Origin: Epiperipatus broadwayi
Lineage: Eukaryota; Animalia; Onychophora
Direction: 5' to 3'
Length of the DNA: 64,000 bases
NCBI GenBank assembly: GCA_028023455.1
Contig: JAQFVV010000006.1
Coordinates: 11,842,001-11,906,000 of the forward strand
In this document: positions 40,301 through 52,300 of the stretch, one piece after another
Layout: every line of letters begins with the position of its first letter
How positions within the stretch are numbered: the first letter of the stretch is position 1
Translations under genes and position numbers: made by a program
The notes under the pieces: model-generated
Database searches by the model: none
What the model was told of the DNA's origin: nothing
The model's input: only the letters and a program-made list of their open reading frames with translations

Positions 40301-43300
40301 ATTATGTGAGTTAAAATTTATAAAGATATTTAAATTTAGTATAATTAATGTTAGTTAAAATAAATTGTCTTTAAACTAAAACTTTATTTGTCGGTCAATT
40401 CTTTTTACCAATCCTTTTTACCAATCTTTTTATCAATTCTTTTACCAATTCTTTTATCAATTCTTTTCACTATTAATTTTGTATAATTTGTTATTAATTA
40501 CAAGTAGCTGAGCTAGTCTATGGGTATAACTTAGGCGTTGAGTTAGTGGCCATTGTTCAAAGTGCGTTGTTTATTCTTCTGAATAAATAGCTGACGCTCG
40601 TGTTTACACAAAACAAAAAAGTGCTTTGAACTTGGTGTTGAACTCAACAGTCGGGAAGAAGTTATGTCCTGGAAATGTGATACTAGTTATATATTTTATA
40701 GCTATCGTTTGGACATACATACTTCCGAGTATGTTCTTCTCTGCCTAAGAGACCGGTGTTTCGAATCACCCATATTCGAACTCGGTACAATATATATATT
40801 TAAATTTTGTTTATAACTATAATCTTAATACTATACATATAAGAAAGAAGCTTTTATGTATATATACATGTTGGAAAGTACTGAACATTTGCAATTCAAT
40901 AAATTATGTATTCTATTTGTGAACAAATTTTATCAACAAAGTGTGAATTATTACATGTATGTAAGATTTATGCGAGCAGGATTGTAACAAAATATAGCCA
41001 ATTTAACGGCTCCACTGTATATTATATCATGATCTAATTGTCTCGGCCGTAAATATAAAAGTATTAGAGTTGGATAAATGATATGCTATAGTATTTATTA
41101 AGATTAGTCATAGTATCAAATAAAGTAACCCATCTTATCATTTAGATCTGCATATGATTTATAATACAATTTTTTGTTGCCCATTTAGTGCCTTATTCTA
41201 CTTTACACTCTTAAGCAAATGCTCAGATTGAAAAATCAAATTATAAAATGTTCATTAGTATTAATATTTTGAAAATGATGATATTAAAGTAGAAGGTAAT
41301 GGCTGGTAATTTTTCAGCATTGAAGAATATATACTGACCTAATTGTATGATCTTATACTCATTCAGCTTATTGCATGCTATATTGGGAATTATTATGTTG
41401 TCATCTTATGGTGAAATCTGTACAGGACAAGAAGGTTGCAAGCTATTATAATAAAGTTGTTAAAGGTTATTTGTTTTAAGGCATTAGCCAAAATTTAGAT
41501 TTGGTGTTAATCAGAATATTGAATTAAAATCACTGAAATACTTTTCTGCATCTTTGTGCTGGACTGTTTCCAGAAGTTGCCTTTTTTTTTGGATATTTAT
41601 AGATGTTTTTGAGAATAATTGTAAGGAAATCGAGTCATATGTCACACTCATTATATAATACTTCTGAGAAAGAAATAAAATATTACAGGATAAAATTAAT
41701 GAACTTACAGCATTCATTCTGAAATTTTTTAATGTTTTAGGATTCTTCTATAAAAGAAATATTTCAGAATCCTATTTTCTCGTATTATGCTTTTAGTATA
41801 ATTGAATGATTAGTTACTCTACACCAGGTATCATTAGTTATTGATGAGTCCATCATTATCTTGAATATTGGCAGATTAGTTTGGGTATTCTTTTTGAAAA
41901 TGTACTAATACCGACAATATTTGAATTAGCAGTAATATGCTATACTATTGATAGATTATTTTTGATAGCAGTGTTGTATTTACAAAACAATTTCATTAGT
42001 ATAATATATACAATTGAATTTGATTTAAGATTATTAAAAGCTAATGGAAGACAGAATGGTTATAACTTGTTAAAAAATTGATTAATTATATAATTTTTTT
42101 TTTTTATAGTCACAGTTTATTGGATGCCAAAATCAACCATTTACTCCAGTACTGCCATGATCGAGCTATTCTTAATGCAGTTCAGAGTATTATTCAAAAC
42201 ATGATTGCCTGCGAAGACAACTCCTCACAACAGCAGTTGCATAATTTACAAAGTAAGAAATATAAACTCGTTATAAATTAATTATTTTTTTAAAAATTAA
42301 TTTATTTTTTTAAAGTGATTTTTAAATATTATCATCTTTCTGTTCAGCCATTATCGATCTGTTGAGAGATGAAAGTCTTTCCAAATTTAATTTACTTTCT
42401 CAGATTTGTAAACTATGAGCTTCACTTCTCCACATGGACTATTCAGCAATCTCACATATAGTTTTTTAATTTATGTCCTTCACAAAATCTTTTGGGATCC
42501 AATTTAAGATGTCAGTAGTCCATCTGTTTTCATCTCGTCTAGCGATATTTCCATCCTCTTAATTCTTTCAGTGATGTTTGTTCTCTTTTTTGATTCCTCT
42601 TTGTTACTCCCAATACATATTCGTCCATAGTTCATTGCATGGTCTGAAGTCTCCTATTGTTCTTCTGTTAAGTATCCAAAAATCTCAGATCCATATGTAA
42701 GAACTAATAAAAAAAATATTTATTAAAAAAAATCATCTCTTTCAAACAGAGATATGTTTTCTTTTAATATTATTTATGTTTAAAACATTCCATCTGAATT
42801 TTATTCTATGATTAATTTCATTTATTGTATCTATACTAAATATTTTGAATAGCAGTTGTCAACTTTTTTGTCAGTCATTTGTTTTGTCTTTAGTACTATT
42901 GAGCATTATTTTTGCCTTTTAATTATCTAGTTCTACTTTCTTATTTCCATCGAATGACTCTGGCACCATTTCCTGAAGTTCTGAAATATTATTTATAAAG
43001 AAGTAAAAACATTACCTGAAAACTTTCAATCTTCATTTGTTTTTTTTTTTGCTCGTAACTTCCCCATTTTAACTCACAAAATATTTATCATTAAACTGCT
43101 GTGTTTTGGACACACCAAGTCATCTTAGCATACACCAATATCAATGTTAATCATCATAGTGTCATGTAATATAATCATTGCTATTGCATTTTGATAAATA
43201 TTCTTCAGAATATATTATCCTGGATCACTATCATGAGACTCATCATTAAAATACTAATAGAATCAAATGTTTGTTATAATATATAAATCCTAAACCTAAA

Positions 43301-46300
43301 AACAGTTCTCCACTTTATTGCCATCTAGTTTAAGCTTGAGTTATCTATGCAATGTACGTATAGTATTACTACCCCTAGTATATGAATTCCCATCTTCAAA
43401 CAGGTTTGCGGTAAAATGGAGAGCTACATTTAATTTATATTGTTTAATCTGAATATTCGGGGATTTGTTATTATATCCAAAATATTATGGCAACTTATGT
43501 TTACTGTTTGCTTTTTGTTTTTTCCTCTATAACTTCTCTTACACAGAGGCAAAACTCTCCATATAGTAGCGTGATTCAGTGCAAGCCAGAGTAATCAACG
43601 GATGCAGGAAGATTTGTGCATAAAACCCTATCTCGTGCCTACTCATCCAATATCCCAGACTAGTTTCTAGCTTGTGGCTTTCATAAGTGAGAAGATTTGG
43701 ATGATGAAAGCCACAAGCTAGAAACTAGTCTGGGTATTATTGGATAAGTAGCCACTAGATAGGGATTTTATGCACAAATCTTCCTGCATCCATTGATTAC
43801 ACTGACTTGTACTGAGTGGCACTACTGCATGGAAAGTTATGCCTCTGTATAAACAGCTTATGTAAGCGTAAAGATTATGGATTATGTGTTGTTTAGTGGT
43901 TTATAATTTCTCTTACTGTTTGGATGGGATTTTTTTTTGCTAAAACCACTTTAAAAGTACAAGATTTTCTTTTGGTTGGTTTAATCCCAAGTTCTTAATA
44001 GGTGGGTTATAAGAGATCTTATAAAGAAAACATAAAAGAGTCATAAGTCTGTAATTTTTAATTTAGTTTTTCCTATCTTTTTTAAATATCAATATCACTA
44101 CTTTATTTTTTCAGTCAACTTGTACATTTTTTCTATTTAGATATTTGGTATATACTTTGCCAACACTTTTCCTATTTCTTCATCTGTTTCTTTTAAGATA
44201 TCAGTAATAATTTTTTTTATATTTTTTTTAGGGCTATGCTAATATTCCTAGAGATTTATTAATAGCATGTCTCACCTCATCATTTAAAATACTTGTCAAT
44301 TAAGAAGATATTCTAATTGCAAAAGTTATTTAACAAAGAAACTTTTATTACTATTTATATCATTTGATGAAATTTCAGATATTTAATTTTTCTAAATGGT
44401 TCATTTAAAAATATTTTGATATATATATATTTTATACATTATCTTGTCTTAGTTGAAAATTTATTTGTTAATTTTTTATACTGGTTGTCTGTGTAGCAGT
44501 TCTTGTATAATACCTTCCATTTATGGAAAATTAGTCTTCAAAAATGCATCGATGGTGGAAGGGACTACAGTCACAAAATTTTGTATGTTAGCTTGTAATA
44601 ATTTTCCTGTGTCTCAGTAATTTTGACCCTCAGTATATCACTTATTTTGGATTCTAATGATTAAAGTTTTACCTACAATTGCTAAAAAAAAAAAGCATAC
44701 TAAATTTTTTTTTTGTTAATCTTAATATAAACAAATGTTAATTAAGTCGAATTAATAAATTTTAATTATTTTTTAGGTTTTGGATTTGGAGGTTTATGGA
44801 GATTTGCTGGACCATTTACAAAGGTATTATTAAAATGGGCTATGAATTTAGATAATTTTTGTCTATGATCAATTAATCAGTCATTCCTTTCTTATTATTT
44901 TTGCATATAATAAATAATTTACTTTTTCTTGCATTTAAATTAATAATATGTTTTCTTGTTATTGTTTTTTCTTACAGTTTTAACCGTCTATTATATTTAT
45001 CAATTACAGTTTTGATTGTATATCTACACATACCTGTTCATGGAACAAACAAGTGATAATACGTTAGTAAGACAGTTCACAAGCTAGATTGCAAAGAATT
45101 ATTTATATGAAGGTGATCTTTAATATGACTAAATTGATTGGTATTGATATGATAAAAGAAGGATCTTACTTAAATAATTCTTTGAGGATCTGGCTTATGA
45201 ATTATCGTAGTAACATATTTGGATATGTTTGTTTCGTGAATAAGTTTAGTGTTATATATTTAATAAGCAGCAAAATTATTTATGTGCTTATTAAAATTGT
45301 TAAATCTACACACACACGTGTATTTACATTAGTATTCCGTATACAAATACACACATATATATGTAATGAAAATAATATGTGAAGTTTATCAAGTCTATTT
45401 AAATAATAATTGAACTTCCCTATAGCTGCCGTGTTCAATAACTTTTTACAGATCAATTATTATTTAAGTAGATTACATGATATTATATTTATTCAACATA
45501 TATGTATATATGCATGCATATATTTACATAATATGTATGTAGGTATATAATATAACTTTTACATTTATCAATTACAATTCTGAAGAAGGCTTCATGATAA
45601 TCAAAACTGTAAGAAGAAATAATAATAAAGTATATCGTTAACTTAAAGGTACACAAAAAATTATTTTATTAAGATAAAATATTATTTGTTGCCAGAAGAT
45701 TAAAATACCATGCAATGCAATATTGCTACAAAAATATGGCATTGTTATTTTTAAAAAATAAGAAACCAAAGAATTTAAAAATTTTTATTGCTAAGTTTCA
45801 AAATTGAGTTTCAATTAAAGATGTATACGGTAGTGTGATATCTAAAAAAATGAAGTAAATACCACTAGACCATACAATAGTTTTGATTTCGAATATTTAT
45901 TAAAAATAACTTGGATAAATTTTAAATTGTAAAATGTGACTATATTGCGACTATTGAGAATGAAGTTTTAACACCCATGCATAAAAAACCATATGCAATA
46001 GCATGATGTTAGGCCTAGGGATATTAGGGGTTGTGGTATCATGGTTTAAAAGTATTATATAAATAGGTAAACCATACATATCTGTAAGGGGTAATGTGGG
46101 ACCATATATTGTTTCAATAGCCTGTAGGCTAATTAGTAGGGTTTATTAAAATCTTAGCCAGAGACAAGGGAGTGGAGGTTAGTTAATATTAGAATTTTAA
46201 AATATCATTTATACTAATATTCATTTGTACTAATATTAGAACTCTTTATGGTCATACAAAATTAAGTTTAAAATTGTAAATAAACCTCTATGTACATATT

Positions 46301-49300
46301 TTATCTTTTTAAAGCAGGATTTGCTCAAAGCTAGATTGATCTATAAATGTAAATCATACAAAAGCAACCCTTTACTTATCAACACCAAGAATCTTCCATC
46401 TGCTATTAAGACACCCTTTTTGTTTGCTTAAATTAAAACTAAACAGGGCAAAACTCTCCATACAGTAGTGCCACCCTGTGCCAACCAGAGTGGTAACATC
46501 CATTGATTACTCTGGTTGGCACAGGGTGGCACTACTGTATGGAGAGTTTTGCCTTGTTTAATAACAATTATGTGCTAGTATAAGAGATGGTGATCATGTG
46601 GTGTTCAGATTAAAATTCTTGGCATTGATAAGTGTGGACTGCTTTCATGTGATTTTTTTTTTTTAAACATATGTTCACAAAGATTGCTAGGACCATTGCA
46701 GAGGTATGGGTGCATTATTTGTAATAAGAGATTTATCACATAAAATGAAATTAGATTTAAATAATGACCCATTTTCTAATAGACAAATTCACGGATTCAT
46801 TTGTAGCACTGAAAATCTTAAAATACTGATAAATGTTAACAATCAACCCTTGAACTATCAACAATCTCAACCTGTAACCAAGGCAACCACTTTGAATGGT
46901 ACCACCTTTATCAAAGCCTTGAATAATTGGCTTTATTATCTTAAAATACATAGGGAATTATTAAAAGTTGTTTTCAAGGTATGCATATTTAAAATTTATT
47001 TTGGAAGTTAAACGCAGAAGAAAAATCTTTTGTAAGCAAATAAATGTTATTCTGATGAGAGGAGGTAATTAATGTATTTGATAAACAACGTTGAAATGTT
47101 TATCAACAGCATTCTTGGCATATGGTAAGGCTAACATATGAGTTTTGGAAAACAGTTTTTAGTCAGCAAGTAGATTGACTGGAAAGTAACATTCAGAGAG
47201 TTATTAGACTATTGATAAAGAATTGTTGAGCATTTTTTCCCCAAGATTTGAATTCAGCTAAAGTCGCTCAGGTCAAATTTAGTTGAAAACAAAAGTAAAG
47301 GAATTTTATAGCACTAACTCTAAGATTATCAGCTGATTCTATTGTTTATGACAAAGAAAATATATTAAGTTAGTATTGGACAATATTTATTCAGGATATT
47401 TCTAAACAAAGCAATTGACTCTCTTGTTGAAGTTACTATGATCTCTAGGAATGCACTGACTATTGACATCATGCTATACGTATAGCTCTTGGAGGGAGAA
47501 GGATGCCATGATGGAAGAACATATGAAGTTTAGCCCTGAGATGATAATCTGTTACCCACTTGATGGCCTTTCATGTTAAGCTGTTCTATAACAGACATGA
47601 GCTTCTAAATTGCTTATGTAAAAATAAATTGAGAATTATGATGGATTCATTAAACCAGAAGCCTACAGCTCAAGGAAAAAGCTATACCAGGATTATGATA
47701 ATTTGTTGAAAATTTGCATGTCACAACAAATCTTCAAGCTATGTAAGGTATCTATGAGAATGTATGTGTACAATACCATTTCAATTTATTGATAAGAGTT
47801 TGTACTTTATTAAATTTTTGAAATACTGAATTTATAATTATTATAATTGAGGGTAATTATTTGTAAGTTTTCTTCTTCTTGAAAAACTTTGTGAGGGTTG
47901 GAAATTGCACAGGAAATAAAAGTTAAATGTTTTTTTTTCTCTTCTGGTTTTATCCCTGCAAATTAAAGTATTAACCTTAGCATTATGCATATGGGATTAA
48001 GGACTAGAGTGCAATTTGCTGTGATATTATTGGAATAAATTAAGTGCTTTAAAATAAATTAATAATGATTAGTTCATAATATATTTAAATCCACTTTTTT
48101 AATTAATAAAATAATGATTGCCTTTGGCAGATGTATCCAATTCAAATTTTCATTTTAAATTGATTCAAAGTATTTCTAAATTTAATATCCGAATATTGAT
48201 TCATTGTAAATTGAAAGATTTCGTGAATGTTAATGTTTAACAGAAATAGTGGATTTAATCAGTGAAGAATTTATTAGCTTCATGCTCCCAAATCAAAATA
48301 CTTTAGATTTGCCTATATAATTAAGAAAATAGGTTGAGAGATAAGAGGGTCCCTCTTATCTTTATAAAGTCGAATCTTGCGTTAAGATTTGGAGAGGTCT
48401 CTCTTGTTAAAATTAAACACTCAAGGTGCATGTACTGAGGTTATAGCCTTATATAAGTATTTTGATTATTGTAATATGCATTTATTTCCTAGCATATCGA
48501 TATTGATAATTATTTATTAAAAGAAATTTATTTTTCGTAAGGAGGTTTATTTTCTTTCTCTTGTGGCTGCTGCATACATAAGTGTATTTATTCCAGATTT
48601 GAATTTTAATTCTTCAATAATGAAATGGAAAGGCTGAAATGGGTTTGGAGAAGTGGACATCATAATAGCACTATATCATCTACTGTTCATTAATTCAGAT
48701 TTAACAGTGGATAGCTCTTGAGTAGGGTGAAAAGAACTTCTTTTGGAACTATATGAGCAAACATATGGAAAGTTATGGCAGATTGTTATTGGAAAATTAA
48801 ATGTGAACATTTCTTAAATATATCATTGTTGAAATTAGTTTATTTGAAAATGTTTAAAAGTTTTAATTTAATCTTACGAAATTTTTCCCCACACACACAA
48901 AAATAAATTTCATCAATTCATAACAGCAATAGACATGTTATCCAACATAGAATCAAATTCATATATAATGGGATGGATAGAAATTAAATAAAATTCAACA
49001 GAGATATAGTCAGTTTATTGATCACATATGGAATTTGTGATACCTTCTGAAATGCGCTTTTAGTCATTGTCCAATACAGTGTCCAAAATGTTTTTCATGA
49101 ATAAGAGATCTGGAGAATGATTTGGTCATCAAAGCATTTGGGTATTTTTTCGATAGATAAATCTAGGTAGGTGTGGGAAGGCATTACCCCTGCTAAGAAA
49201 TGGTATCGCAGCTATCAAGGCACTTTTGAGGTGTCAGGATATTGATAATATATTCCTGAGATGACCCAATGTTGTAAGAATAGACTTTGTGCATAACTTT

Positions 49301-52300
49301 TCGGTAGAAGAGCAGCATGTTATTCATGAGCAATAGCAGAATCTAGCTTATCAGTATGCTGTCATTAGATATAAATGTGAAGATTGCAAATGCTCTTGAC
49401 AAAAGCATGATTTGTTATTGAACATGATATGGTGCTATTTATGTTCCATGATTATACTATTTACATTTGGTGTTAGTGTTCTCAGATTTATTGCAAAAGG
49501 TTCCAGGAACTCGGACATAAACATTTGTCAATCTTTTCGCGATCGTTCAATTTGAGGAATTAATGCTCATTGTTATTGGTATTTCTCAGACATAATCTGT
49601 GTTTCCATCATGGCCTGACTTGCTTTTAAAATTGCATCAATAATTAATCATATTTTTTATTTTGGTGATTAATTGATAATTAATCAATTAATTGATAATT
49701 AATCAATTAATTGATTTTTAGTAAATTTAATTTCACTTGGATTTTTCTCATTTCATTTATAGCATAATAGCCATTATTCAACTTTTCCAGTTGATTGGAT
49801 TATGACAGTAGTTTTGTTTTCTTCACTTTTACCTTAATTTTATGTATACTATTGGAAGTGGTTCAGCAGCTTTGTCACCTATTGCTCATACTGATGTATT
49901 GAATGCCCAACAGACAGATAAATGCAGGAAATGTCTTGTGGTTCAATGATAACTTGTCCACTTTCCCTTACTGTTATCTGAGTTCATATCCAGTTTGAAT
50001 AAACATGATTTTTCCCCCCATAATCTTGGGTAGCTGGCCCATAATCATCCAATATTGATTAATAAATAGATATCTCTCTATTCTTAGAAGGTAAATCGAG
50101 GATGGAAAATTACTCAATATCCATCGGGAAATTGACAAGCTTGATAAGTAGTTATCTTTGTTTTAACGTTCTATGAGCGCCTATTCAAAGATTGTTTTAT
50201 TTAGATATTGATTTGTCACCATGCTCAAAATGAAATGGCTCTGCTCTGGAAGATAATTATATATTTATAGTCATTGATCAGTAGTTTTATTAATAGATAT
50301 TTGGTTTTGCTTTTAAGTATCAACTTCATTTTTTAAAAAAAGAAATAGTAAAATATTATTAGTGTTATATTGATATTGATCTCGTACTTGGATTAATTGA
50401 AATGATAAAATGGACTTTATACTTAACGTATAAATAAAATCTTAAAAGTGAAATCTGACTATTTATGAGCCCATGTGTTGATCAGTAACTGACATTCCAT
50501 TTTTTTTAGTAAAAACTATTTTTATAAACACGTTTGTCACATCTCTTTATGCCCTAAATAAATTAAGTCCATTTTTATTTCACAAAAACAAAAGATTTGT
50601 CACCTTTTTATGATAAAATCTTTTATTATCAAATTTCTTTACTATACATCAATGACAGATGAATTATTTGCTGTTTGTTATATTATATCACATTTTCAAC
50701 TGCTTTTTTCTTTTCTTTTGAATGATTTATTGTTTTTTTCAGTTTTATTTTCTCTTTCAGATTTTTTTCAGTAGTTAACACATTTCTCTTTATTCTTGTT
50801 TTGAACAAATTATTTCAAGTTCGTATTCAAAAAAAATATAGTGGGAATCTCTTATAAACTAATTGGTTCTGGAAATTGGTTCTTTACACAATTCATTTGC
50901 TGTCTCACACATTAAAGGTTTTAAACTTTAGTTCAGATCGTAAGAGTTGAGGTTTTCAGCCGAGAACCACATCACTATCATTCTATAAAAGGAAATCCAA
51001 AACTGTTGTGCAAAAATATATACAAAATCAATTGTTGTACCTAATTAAGATATAAACTGTGTACCATTCATGTAAATGTCAAAGTTCAATTCAATGAAAA
51101 CTAAGTTCATATTTTTAAAAGTGTAAATAACTTACCCTAGTAGTAATCCCCCCAAAAAAACTGTACATCATTGATTCGCTTTCTTGCTTGGAAATTATGT
51201 TTTTCTTGCTTTTATGTTAAGTAATTTTCATATTTTGTTTTTCTGATTTTAAAGCATAAACTTTACAAACAAATGAAATTGGTAACTAAGCTTTACAGAA
51301 CATGGCAAATATGTCCAACATTAATCGAAGTGAAAAGACGATGAAACATATTTCACACATATTTGCTACATTAATTAATAGTATTTGTTGCAATAATTGT
51401 TTTCATTCTATAAATCTTAATTTAGTGAAAATAACATTAACTCTATGGCGTGCTTGTTCTAGAGGCATTTATTGTAGCAGACTTCCTTTTAAGCCAATAA
51501 ACATCACATGACCACCACCTCTTATGCTCGTGTATAACTGTTGTTAAAGCAGGCAAAACACACTATATATATTGCCACACAGGAAGCTAGATCAGTGCAC
51601 TCAGATCCAAGGCTCCTCACTGACGAAGGCCATAAGCCAGAAACTAGTCTGGGGATATTGGATGAGTATGCACAAACCTTCTGGCTTCCATTGATTACTC
51701 TAGCTTGCTGTGTGGGGCAATATATATAGTGAATTATGCCTGTTTTAGACTTCATTTTATTTGAGAGTGTGGACAAAGTGAGAACAGATTACTCTTGAGT
51801 CTAATATTTTTATTTTATTTTTTAATGTTGCATTAATTTAAAGCAATTTGTAAGCCTTTAAAAAAGTTTGCCATGATTTGGCTACTTTAAGAATTCAATA
51901 TGAGATTTCATATTTTCATAGTGAGATGATGTTGATGTCAGTTTCTTTGTAATAAATTTTTTATATTTGTTATGCTATTTGTTTAGAGTTACATTCTAAA
52001 TAGTAATAATAATACAGAATTATGTTGATTTGCTGAAATTACTCATGATTTGATATTGCATAAAATATCGACAGTTCATGGTTTACATAAATAATCCATT
52101 TCATGACTCTTTGCATGAATAGTTGATGTACAATATAGAAATATTTTTTCAGCAATTATACATGAGCATTGCAATACGTCTTAGTGGATACTTGTATAGT
52201 ACGGAAATGGAGTATTTTTCTAGTCTTGCACATTACATTTTCTATGTTTTATATTTTATTTATACTAGAAATAGTTAATCAGGATCTGTCTATGTATTGT

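Noticed and set aside
45089-45382. 97-aa ORF and many other short I/F/K/L-rich ORFs in the track
   Set aside because: Low-complexity AT-driven composition, with no motifs or supporting splice structure.
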